DNA of 64,000 nucleotides from Amoebidium appalachense (Eukaryota > Protista > Ichthyosporea), in the NCBI GenBank assembly GCA_963693365.1, contig CAVNZM010000015.1, positions 3,975,502-4,039,501 on the forward strand, written 5' to 3'. A program made the position numbers and the translations under genes. Position 1 is the first letter of the stretch. Each line of letters begins with the position of its first letter. Shown in pieces: positions 13,877 through 23,339 of the stretch. Below the pieces are notes generated by a model. That model saw only the letters and a program-made list of their open reading frames with translations, made no database searches and was not told where the DNA came from.

Positions 13877-14545
13877 ACCACCCACCCCCCACCCCTCACC
13901 CTTTTCCGCCACCCACCCACCCGTCAACCCTTTCCCGTTTTCCCCGGGACCCAACTTCAAACCCTTTGCCCCCTTGGCAAGCTAGCTCCTTAGCCGGAGG
14001 GTAACAAGCGTTCTTTTTTCTCTCCCTGCCTGTTCCCTTCCTCCCTCCCCCTGTCCCCACCACCCAACCACCCTCTCCCAACCCCTCCCTCCCCCCCTCT
14101 CTCACTCCCTCTCCTCCCACTTCTCTGTTCGTTTCAATTCTGGCAACATCCTTCCTTCGCCTCTCTGTCTCTTCCCTTACCTCTCTCCCTCCCTGCCTTC
14201 GTCCCTCCCTCCCTCCCTCCGTTCCCCGTTTTCTCACTCCCCCCGTTCCCCCCTCCCTCCCTCTCTTTCTCCTAAACACACTCTCGGTCTACCCGCCTAT
14301 TTGCTTGGCGTGTGTGTTTTTCTTTCTGCGTGTAACCATGTTTTTTTTAACGAAATGTGTGTGTTTTGCAGATAAACCAAACACGGAATTCGGCAGGCAA
14401 ACACTACCAACGACAGATGCTCCCAGGGAGGGATGGAAAGGGCAGGGGCAGAGGTAGGGGCAGGGGCGGGAATGGGGGCGGTGGTGGGGGTCGGGGGAGA
14501 GGCAGGGGGTTGGGGAGGGGGGAAGGTCCCGATGTCCAATCATGA
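10141..14545 (+). CDS. LSM10: Lsm10-like Sm protein (U7 snRNP Sm-ring family), 149 aa, with C-terminal RG repeats
   Basis: Five phase-consistent GT-AG exons: 10141-10191, 11212-11297, 12089-12125, 13733-13834, 14372-14545. Product: MSSDWQRAELNLVCLLQSMIGMRTTVELRNEAEAFGTITFVDYAMNTTMEDVEYTKTNGVTEHLPQMYVNGRNIRYVVIPPSQDAMALIHQHINQ...GRGRGRGRGG. LLQ..G..TTVELRNE and GRNIRYVVIP match recalled human Lsm10 (LLQGLQGRVTTVDLRDE; GRNVRYVHIP). Confidence 0.85.
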
Positions 14546-14948
14546 ATCACGTATAGTACTATCATAAGTTATGGGGTTTTACCCTTTTGTTGGGGTGTTT
14601 TTCGTTACGATTGTGCCCGATTAGATTCGATTGCGATTTGATGTTTGAATGAATGGCCTGATGCACCTCACTTGTAGTGGTTTTGAAGTTATGAATGGGC
14701 ACCAACCTGCAAAAATATTCCCAGAAAGATGATATTATCGTTTCCCTCTCGATTTCGGTTTCATGTAGGTTTTTTACAGTGATATATTCAGCGTTTTGCA
14801 CTCATTTTCCTATTCCGTGCGAGCCAAATCGTTGTGTGATCACATAATTGTCAGCAATATTTGATTGAATGCTTCCCCCCTCCAGTAATGCCCCCCCCCC
14901 CCCCCCCCCCCCCCCCCCGGGGGGGGGCCGCCGCCACACAAACACACA

Positions 14949-15035
<87 letters not shown>

Positions 15036-15353
15036 GTGTCTCTCTCTGTCTCCCTCTGCGCTCTCGTTCTCTCTCTCTTCTTCCCCCTCCCCCCTCCCCC
15101 TCCCCTCTCTCCCCCCCCCCCCCCCCCCCTTTTTTTCCCTCTCTGTTTCTCTCTCTCTGTACGCTTGTAGTAACAGTTTAGAGTTGGCATAGCTGTAAAT
15201 ACGTCATTGCTCTAACACGCGCAAATGTCTAATGATGATGGTTCTCTTTGTGATATCTTGCGATTTAGATCTAAAATTCAATAGATAGTAAAACCTGGCA
15301 AAAAGTAGGAACATGTTCGATTGAACAAATTCGCCCCAAAGTCCACCTCCCCC

Positions 15354-15399
<46 letters not shown>

Positions 15400-15761
15400 T
15401 ACACGTGTTGATTCAAGGGCCGGGAGGCCCTTCCCTATGTCAGTAATAATACACCTGAAACTGTTCAGGATGTTTTTGTAGCCGCCGCATGTCGCCAGTT
15501 TTATTTGGTTAAAATTAATGTTCTTGTAAGTAATGAAACTTGATATTTATTATACTGCATTTGTAAAGGACAAACGTGCAGGCGTGTGACGTGTGAGCCG
15601 CTGGCAGGGTCGTGCGTGCGCGTTCACACACACGCACAGTGCTCGTTTCTGATCTTAGACGGACTCTTTATTATGACCATGGCGACACCAACGCACTTTC
15701 GATTGGGTGGTTTTGACCCCTTGAAAAGCCTTTTCGATTGTTATCAAAGTTCACATTGTAG

Positions 15762-15765
<4 letters not shown>

Positions 15766-15826
<61 letters not shown>
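15766..15826. repeat. (TA)n microsatellite
   Basis: Pure TA dinucleotide run. Confidence 0.9.
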
Positions 15827-15830
<4 letters not shown>

Positions 15831-16464
15831 CAAGGCAGGTTATAATAATGCCTCGCACAAGGATGTAATGTACTCTGTCCAAATTAATTTTTAATTAGTA
15901 AGCGAAAACTCTGTACATGTACCTTTGGCCCGGGTCAATTGAAGGGCCCGCCCTGCGGCGCGCGGAACAAATTTTGTTGGTCCGACTCGAGCTGCAGACC
16001 AGAAAGCTACACAGCGGTGCATTAAAAGTGGCAAATATGCACACACATGGCATGAAAAGAAATAAGAAGAGCCTACATGTCTCTCTCTTCTACACACAGT
16101 CAACAGTCCAGCTGTCTGTGACAAACAAGGTTGTAATGGATAAGTACTATATATGCACGACTCATTGATGCCATACTGCACCGAGGTTCGGAAACTACAT
16201 TGTAGCCTTTCGCTTCTGAACCAAGTTGGTACTTCACATTGATCGGCACATTTTCTAAACGAAAATGGTGGTGAAATCATCAATTGCTTCAGAAATGGGT
16301 TTTGATATATCGTTTTGCATTTTGATATTGACTATTTGCAATGCATATGACATAAGTGTTTGTGAATTCGAAAACAGTCGTCCAAGGCCTGCACCAATCA
16401 GAATCGGGTTGAGAATCGTGTGCTTGATCCCTCTATACTCTAGTATAGTAAATTATGGTTTTCT

Positions 16465-16761
16465 TTCTCTCTTCCTCAATATATCCGTTTTAAGATGACT
16501 ATCCTAGATCACCTTATTAATGCTGCACAGTATGATATTGTGATCCGGTGCCTTAACTTTCTTTCGGAGCTACCGATGCTAGCCTCTGCTTACCCATAAT
16601 ATGTAATAGGGGTGTCATATACTCCGATGGCGCTCATTGTTGCCTAGCATGTACATATGTCACTGGCTGCATTTGATTGGCTGCGCTGGAAAACGCAGTA
16701 GGCCGTCGAATGTGGCTGGGCCTCCGGCAGTGTCCACGCAGTAAAAAGTGTGTAAACCCCC
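16465..16761 (+). mobile_element. 3' remnant of a diverged relative of the neighbouring LINE
   Basis: The frame through 16501 reads SLPQYIRFKMTILDHLINAAQYDIVIRCLNFL...YP*, aligning with the ORF2 C-terminus SLPVNYNILDFILNTRNYDLFIRCIDWL. About 160 nt after the stop it ends in AGTAAAAAGTGTGTAAACCCCC, similar to the LINE end AGTAAACAGCGTAAACCCC. Confidence 0.7.
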
Positions 16762-16924
16762 TGCCCCCGTTGTCGGAGCTGGGATGTAACTCTGAGCATA
16801 TGCCCAGAAATGCAATCATTGTCATGTTCAAATGCTTTAAAGACTTGTCTTCTATATTAATAACAATCCCTATTTATTTATTATTTCGATGTCGACTTAA
16901 GCTGTATTCGTACTGTACAACGCG

Positions 16925-16968
16925 TAAACCTGTATACTTTAAACCTGTATACTAAACCTGTATACTTT
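16925..16968 (+). repeat. Three tandem copies of AAACCTGTATACT at the LINE 5' junction
   Basis: Copies at 16926-16938, 16941-16953 and 16954-16966. The first overlaps GCGTAAACC, which also occurs at the LINE 3' end. Confidence 0.85.
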
Positions 16969-16991
16969 GTCTGTCCTTCATTGGATACGAT

Positions 16992-17414
16992 GTGCTGGAA
17001 GTAGCAGTACGGGGCGACTATAACCGTGCGTTCATCCGTGACGCGACAAAGGGGTGTGGAAGCTTCTTCACCCACCTCCCAAGCTACGACCCATGCGCGC
17101 CGGAAAACATTCAGAAAGCAGACAAAGAACGTAAAGTGTCTGCTAAGAATGCGTGCGCCACACGTTGTCGTGTACGCATCAGCAAGGCAAAAGAGTTCCT
17201 CGCAAAGTTGGAAAACGATGCTACGAGCGTGATAGACACGGACACGAAGGAACCAATGTTTTCTGGTGAGAAACTGCTCGAGCGCAAACGCCGATGCGAG
17301 ATGGAAATCGAGCTCTTCTGCGAACTGTTCGCGCTGGCGGAAGGTCGTGCATACGACCCCGTAAGCGACAAGTGGGAACCAACCCCACAGGTGTCGGACC
17401 AAACCGATGCCTAA
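16992..17414 (+). CDS. LINE ORF1 (likely C-terminal part only)
   Basis: The frame is open from 16956 with no ATG near its start (LSFIGYDVLEVAV...). The stop overlaps the ORF2 ATG. Position immediately upstream of ORF2 supports the call. Confidence 0.65.
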   Translation: MLEVAVRGDYNRAFIRDATKGCGSFFTHLPSYDPCAPENIQKADKERKVSAKNACATRCRVRISKAKEFLAKLENDATSVIDTDTKEPMFSGEKLLERKRRCEMEIELFCELFALAEGRAYDPVSDKWEPTPQVSDQTDA

Positions 17415-20400
17415 TTTATCCTTCTTCTTCTGGAATGCTCGGACACTGGGCCCCCAAAAGGGCCTCCCCCCCGGGACACTCGACGATAAAATCAGCTACA
17501 TACAACAACAGACAAACAACCACACGTTTACAGTGATTTGCGAAACACAGTTTAAAAACCACCACAAATTCAACTCTACATTGGTCGACACATCCACACA
17601 CCCCGGTTACGCGAAAAACCGAGGCATTATTGTACTTGCTGCACCACACGTGAGAGTGAAGTGCAAACCGGTAGCAAAAACGGAATTCTCGGTTTCTATA
17701 GAGTTTCTTTCTAATGTTTTTACTTTTGTATATTACCCACCATCTATGTCGGTTGTCGAATTGACTCACGAGTTGTCACAGTTACCAATGTCCACTGTTA
17801 TTTTAGGTGATTTTAACACGCGACTCCACCACACAGACACACTGCAAGTGAGTGTCGGGTACCCATCTAAGCCCCCGGAGCGTGCTATCCCTTTAGCAAG
17901 GTATGTCCAAAGTCACACTTTGCGGTTCCCTCAAATATCCCATGCCCACAACACCGACTGGGGAGTGGCCTTTTGGCCATCAACCATGTCAAAACTCTCT
18001 CTCCCTCCTAACCTCTCTAGGTCATCTGACCACTCTCCTATCCTTTTCCTACCTAAGATCTCCCTTGATCTGCTCCCCCCTCCCCCTCCCACCTTTCGCC
18101 TCCGTCTATCCCAGCTTAAGTCACAGTGGGGTAGAGTTGATGTATGTGTATGCTATGCTACGAAACACCCTATATATATGCGCCTATTAGAATCTGCACA
18201 AGCCAGGCCAGATTCACATCTCGTACTAGATACATGCACTAACTTTATTGTTGATGATTTGATAGATCTCGGTGATTATGCTGGCGGTGGTAGGAAGGAA
18301 TATCCCGATGCTCTCTTGTTACCAAACACCACTCCCGCTAGACTAGGTGAACCCCTGTCTCAAAAGGAAAGCTTGCGCCGGCTTGCTAGTATGAATCGAT
18401 TTGGCCCCCCTGCTCGTATTATTGGTGATACCACTGGAGACCCCCTCATAGACTCTGATAAGTATTTCTCGGAACTGTTTAAAGATAGGACCCCCGCTCA
18501 GAAACCTATTGTGTGGCCTGTAGACCCATCTATCCCCATAGAATCGATCCTCCCCTTTTTCAGTCCCGATGCCATATGGTCTGTGATATCTAGTTATAGC
18601 TCTAGTAAGTCTTGTGGACCTGATGGACTCCCTGCTGGGTTTCTTAAAATCCTTGTTCCCTCCTACCCACAAAAGGAAAGTGATCGTGCTATTAAACCTG
18701 ATCTTACTATCATGTTAAGCTCTCTCTTTTCTTGGTGTGTTAAATGTGGACATGTCCCGTCATCTTGGTTAGATACCTTAGTGATCCCCATAGTTAAGAA
18801 GGACTCTGAGGGCCCCATATCATCCTTTCGCCCCATTACACTAACCCAGGTTGTTCGTAGATTCTTTGAAGCTTGCTTACTTAGGTTATTTGCACATCAC
18901 CCTAGGTTTCAATCTATTCTTCACATACACCCATGCCAATCCGCTTTTCGTAAAAACAATTCATGTTATGTTCAAATAATGGCACTGCACGATTCTATGC
19001 AAGTTGGTGCACAATATGTTGGCTTTATTGATTGGAAAACTGCTTACGATTCTGTCTCCCCTGGTCTCCTATGGGAAAAGCTTGCTGCACGGGGTGTACC
19101 ACACTGCATTGGTGTTCTGTTAGAAGCACTCTTGTCTCAAACCTATGGTAGAGCTGTGGTTAATGGGCATCTTTCATATGGTTTTGCTCGTACTAGAGGT
19201 CTCTTGCAGGGCTCATTGCTTAGCCCCTTTTTGTTTAACCTATTTATAGATGATTTGGCTGTCAAGATTTACGCCGAAAACGATGACCCTATTAATAACT
19301 TTCCGCCTGCACTTCTCTATGCTGATGATCTGTCCCTCCTTGCCCGTACCCCTAGACGCCTGCAAAGATTGTTCGATGTAGTGTCAGAGTGGTGCAAGGC
19401 AAACCTTATGATCCTTAACATAGACAAATGTGGTGTTCTTGTACCTGATATAGCTAACAATTTACACACATTTACATTATCATCTAAACCTGTACCTATA
19501 GTTCCAGAATACAAATATCTTGGTGTTCCGGTTGATTCTGTTGGTGTTATGTTTCCCCATATGGTCGAAAAGAGGGTAGAGTTGGCTCGTAAGCGGTTAG
19601 CTTTCTTCTCGGCTAATATTTTTAAAGACACACCCCTCCATCCTTCTATTAGACTTACATTTATTCGCACTTTTGTCTTCCCGGCATGTGAATATGGTTT
19701 ACCCCTTCTCGCCGCTTGGATCAAGAAAGAGAGAACTAGAGCGCTTAAACCCTTGGCAAATTTCCTTGAAGCAGAAGTTGCCTCCTTTCTATCTAACAAC
19801 TGTTGTAAACCTGGGCCTGTAACGCTCTCGATATATGGTCTGGTCCCAATAGCTGCTAGAGTATCCTATCTCGCGCTGAAATTCAATAAGCACATAAGCC
19901 GCTTAAAGAAGTATTTGCCCTCCCACCCTCTCTTCTCTATCCGACCTGTCCCCTCCTCACCTCTCCCCTCTTTCCTCCCCTCTCTCTCCCCTTCTCCCCT
20001 GGGCACAAATACAAATAAACCCCGCAATAGTGTGTGTGTGACTTTGGACTGCCACTTACTTATTAAACATGTACACAATCACAAGATAATCACGCAATAT
20101 AACAAATGGAAAAAGATACCACACGACACTAGACCCGATGAAAGCATACACCTTGAAAAACTAAGCCTTATGTCTCGTTTTATATATACTGACCGCCTCA
20201 ACCATATTGCCAAATATGGCACTCGCAAGTGTATAACACCTAAATACATATTACCTTCCTGTAGAACTGGTCTTTCTCTAGCTGATGGTATTATTGATCA
20301 ATTACCACGCTTTTACTGTACACGTGCTATACAGTGGAGATCTAATAAGTATAAGGTGGCATCATTTGCATGCCCAAACAACACACACACACACCAGTTT

Positions 20401-20601
20401 AACCGGTCATGTATCGCCAAATGTAGTTTGATAGACCACATAATACCGCAACACACACACGTCACATTCACAACAGACACCCAGAAAGATAGCCTACCTG
20501 TAAATTACAACATCCTTGATTTTATACTAAACACGCGTAACTACGACCTGTTTATTAGATGTATTGATTGGCTTGAGAAACACATCACTACAAAATTATA
20601 G
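17407..20601 (+). CDS. LINE ORF2: apurinic-like endonuclease + reverse transcriptase + Cys-rich C-terminus (1064 aa, intact)
   Basis: APE motifs: FWNAR, ICET, YYPP, LGDFN, SDHSPI. RT motifs: GPDGLP, FRPITL, QSAFR, DWKTAYDSV, GLLQGSLLSPFLFNLFID, YADD, YKYLG. C-terminal CPNN...FNRSCIAKC. Confidence 0.97.
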   Translation: MPNLSFFFWNARTLGPQKGLPPGTLDDKISYIQQQTNNHTFTVICETQFKNHHKFNSTLVDTSTHPGYAKNRGIIVLAAPHVRVKCKPVAKTEFSVSIEFLSNVFTFVYYPPSMSVVELTHELSQLPMSTVILGDFNTRLHHTDTLQVSVGYPSKPPERAIPLARYVQSHTLRFPQISHAHNTDWGVAFWPSTMSKLSLPPNLSRSSDHSPILFLPKISLDLLPPPPPTFRLRLSQLKSQWGRVDVCVCYATKHPIYMRLLESAQARPDSHLVLDTCTNFIVDDLIDLGDYAGGGRKEYPDALLLPNTTPARLGEPLSQKESLRRLASMNRFGPPARIIGDTTGDPLIDSDKYFSELFKDRTPAQKPIVWPVDPSIPIESILPFFSPDAIWSVISSYSSSKSCGPDGLPAGFLKILVPSYPQKESDRAIKPDLTIMLSSLFSWCVKCGHVPSSWLDTLVIPIVKKDSEGPISSFRPITLTQVVRRFFEACLLRLFAHHPRFQSILHIHPCQSAFRKNNSCYVQIMALHDSMQVGAQYVGFIDWKTAYDSVSPGLLWEKLAARGVPHCIGVLLEALLSQTYGRAVVNGHLSYGFARTRGLLQGSLLSPFLFNLFIDDLAVKIYAENDDPINNFPPALLYADDLSLLARTPRRLQRLFDVVSEWCKANLMILNIDKCGVLVPDIANNLHTFTLSSKPVPIVPEYKYLGVPVDSVGVMFPHMVEKRVELARKRLAFFSANIFKDTPLHPSIRLTFIRTFVFPACEYGLPLLAAWIKKERTRALKPLANFLEAEVASFLSNNCCKPGPVTLSIYGLVPIAARVSYLALKFNKHISRLKKYLPSHPLFSIRPVPSSPLPSFLPSLSPSPLGTNTNKPRNSVCVTLDCHLLIKHVHNHKIITQYNKWKKIPHDTRPDESIHLEKLSLMSRFIYTDRLNHIAKYGTRKCITPKYILPSCRTGLSLADGIIDQLPRFYCTRAIQWRSNKYKVASFACPNNTHTHQFNRSCIAKCSLIDHIIPQHTHVTFTTDTQKDSLPVNYNILDFILNTRNYDLFIRCIDWLEKHITTKL

Positions 20602-20622
20602 CGCACGCGCACACACACACAC

Positions 20623-20679
<57 letters not shown>

Positions 20680-20711
20680 CCAGCTGATACCGAGTGTCCC
20701 GAGGGGAGCCC

Positions 20712-20746
<35 letters not shown>

Positions 20747-21009
20747 GGGGAACCCCAACTAATTGATTTCTCCTTGTAGTCTTTATGGTGTCTCGTAGAG
20801 AAAGTAAACCCTGATATATAGTCACCACCCGACATCTATGTACGTGATCATGATATACCGCTGAGGGGATATTCCGAGCAAACCCCCCCCCCCCCATACC
20901 TGAGACTGGTTCTCTTTGCCTCGAGTAAACAGCGTAAACCCCTATGTGTCATATCTTACTCTGCAATTATATTTCATGCATATGAGATCGAATCGATCAG
21001 ATCTATTTT

Positions 21010-21569
21010 GGGGTTTACACACTTTTTATTGCATCTAATATGCAATGCATGCAAAATCGAACTGAATGTGCTTTACCTAGGCAGAATAAGCCATAGAATA
21101 AAGCTTAAATATTTTTCTTTAGAGGTATTAATAGCTACTGCAACGGGTATCAATCATTGTATCGATTATGATACAGAGTCGTTTATGATGGACTTCGATT
21201 GGAAATTTGGAAAGCATACCGAGGCCACATAATTATGCCCCGCACCGTGTATCAACGTGCTCCCAGGCACGGAAAGGAGACAAGACAGGCAAAGAAACAC
21301 TGACCTCGTGATAAGGTGGGCGAGCCTGTATTGTCGGGCGTGCGCGAGAGCTAAGACACGTGGCAGCAAGAAAGGATCAGACCTGAACGAGAGAGGGCCA
21401 GCGAGAGACTGAGCTGGCATGATGCGTGCGGCAGGCTAGGGTCATGCCAGGGGGGTCTATCAGAGAGGGGGGTCTATAGGCCCGACTATCCAAGGGATAT
21501 CTCGCTCATACAACCGTCTTCATCTCCGCTAGGAGCTAGGGAGATTAAGCCCTGTCACGAGTTCCGCTG
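21010..21569 (-). mobile_element. Candidate non-autonomous (SINE-like) element sharing the LINE-family 3' terminus
   Basis: The reverse complement of 21010-21032 (GCAATAAAAAGTGTGTAAACCCC) matches 16738-16760 at 22/23 nt. No LINE coding sequence was seen behind it. It contains a 9-bp stem (21414-21422/21442-21450) and a 10-bp direct repeat. Extent is uncertain. Confidence 0.35.
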
Positions 21570-21579
21570 AGCTGTGAAT

Positions 21580-22542
21580 CTTCTATTAGACTTACATTTA
21601 TTCGCACTTTTGTCTTCCCGGCATGTGAATATGGTTTACCCCTTCTCGCCGCTTGGATCAAGAAAGAGAGAACTAGAGCGCTTAAACCCTTGGCAAATTT
21701 CCTTGAAGCAGAAGTTGCCTCCTTTCTATCTAACAACTGTTGTAAACCTGGGCCTGTAACGCTCTCGATATATGGTCTGGTCCCAATAGCTGCTAGAGTA
21801 TCCTATCTCGCGCTGAAATTCAATAAGCACATAAGCCGCTTAAAGAAGTATTTGCCCTCCCACCCTCTCTTCTCTATCCGACCTGTCCCCTCCTCACCTC
21901 TCCCCTCTTTCCTCCCCTCTCTCTCCCCTTCTCCCCTGGGCACAAATACAAATAAACCCCGCAATAGTGTGTGTGTGACTTTGGACTGCCACTTACTTAT
22001 TAAACATGTACACAATCACAAGATAATCACGCAATATAACAAATGGAAAAAGATACCACACGACACTAGACCCGATGAAAGCATACACCTTGAAAAACTA
22101 AGCCTTATGTCTCGTTTTATATATACTGACCGCCTCAACCATATTGCCAAATATGGCACTCGCAAGTGTATAACACCTAAATACATATTACCTTCCTGTA
22201 GAACTGGTCTTTCTCTAGCTGATGGTATTATTGATCAATTACCACGCTTTTACTGTACACGTGCTATACAGTGGAGATCTAATAAGTATAAGGTGGCATC
22301 ATTTGCATGCCCAAACAACACACACACACACCAGTTTAACCGGTCATGTATCGCCAAATGTAGTTTGATAGACCACATAATACCGCAACACACACACGTC
22401 ACATTCACAACAGACACCCAGAAAGTTAGCCTACCTGTAAATTACAACATCCTTGATTTTATACTAAACACGCGTAACTACGACCTGTTTATTAGATGTA
22501 TTGATTGGCTTGAGAAACACATCACTACAAAATTATAGCGCA

Positions 22543-22619
<77 letters not shown>

Positions 22620-22651
22620 CCAGCTGATACCGAGTGTCCCGAGGGGAGCCC

Positions 22652-22697
<46 letters not shown>

Positions 22698-22894
22698 GGG
22701 GAACCCCAACTAATTGATTTCTCCTTGTAGTCTTTATGGTGTCTCGTAGAGAAAGTAAACCCTGATATATAGTCACCACCCGACATCTATGTACGTGATC
22801 ATGATATACCGCTGAGGGGATATTCCGAGCAAACCCCCCCCCCCCCATACCTGAGACTGGTTCTCTTTGCCTCGAGTAAACAGCGTAAACCCCC
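21580..22894 (+). mobile_element. 5'-truncated second copy of the same LINE with 12-bp target-site duplication
   Basis: Matches 19643-20942 except one substitution seen (20489 A vs 22426 T, D>V) and differences in the simple-repeat tracts. Flanked by AGCTGTGAATCT at 21570-21581 and 22895-22906, with a 2-nt CT microhomology at the 5' junction. Confidence 0.95.
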
Positions 22895-23110
22895 AGCTGT
22901 GAATCTGTGAAACCCAATCACAATTCTTTATCTATAGGGTTTGATTGATTGTATGTCACGCAAGTTTGTTACCGCCAGCTCAACCTGAATAAATAACGGC
23001 CCGCGCTATTTTTCGCCTTCAGATCCTACCAAGGCTTTTGTACGTGCCGTTTTCTCAAAGTCAACACAGCAAGAGACGAATACAACACGTACATCAGTGT
23101 AAGAGTCAAA

Positions 23111-23122
23111 TTCGCGCCAAAA
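23111..23122. promoter_or_regulatory. Candidate E2F site upstream of the Myc-like gene
   Basis: TTCGCGCCAAAA (minus strand TTTTGGCGCGAA) matches the TTTSSCGC consensus, about 220 bp before the ATG at 23340. Confidence 0.4.
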
Positions 23123-23339
23123 CTGGTTTGTCACATGATTGCCAGCCTGCAACAAGAGTACTAGTTAGGTAGAAATAGGCGGTGGTAACGAACTGTAGCT
23201 AAGGGCAGAACGCAGGTGTTTGTGTTTTTGCACAGTGTCCCTTGACAGGCACAACCTGATCAGGCTGGGGCCAAACGAAATTTTAACCTTTCCATATATG
23301 CGTTAATAATCAACACGTCGTGAAAAGGACACCTTTGTT

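Larger units (their letters stand above)
16966..20942 (+). mobile_element. Non-LTR retrotransposon (LINE) with ORF1 and APE-RT ORF2, probably 5'-truncated within ORF1
   Basis: Two overlapping ORFs, then a 3' UTR with (CA)n, an internal A-run (20716-20745) and a further 197 bp ending GTAAACCCC. The 3' boundary is where identity with the second copy stops; the 5' boundary is approximate. Confidence 0.92.

Noticed and set aside
20935-20944. TAAACCC as telomeric repeat or telomerase-like template at element ends
   Set aside because: Only single units occur, with no tandem telomeric array, and the copy-2 target site is not telomere-like.
20602-21569. Hammerhead or HDV-like ribozyme at the LINE ends
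   Set aside because: Only short hairpins were seen, with no CTGANGA/GAAA core or nested pseudoknot recognisable by eye. A covariance-model search would be needed.
21580-22894. LTR or segmental-duplication explanation for the 1.3 kb direct repeat
   Set aside because: The repeat is the 3' part of ORF2 plus UTR, with its own TSD and a 5' truncation. No integrase or protease is present.
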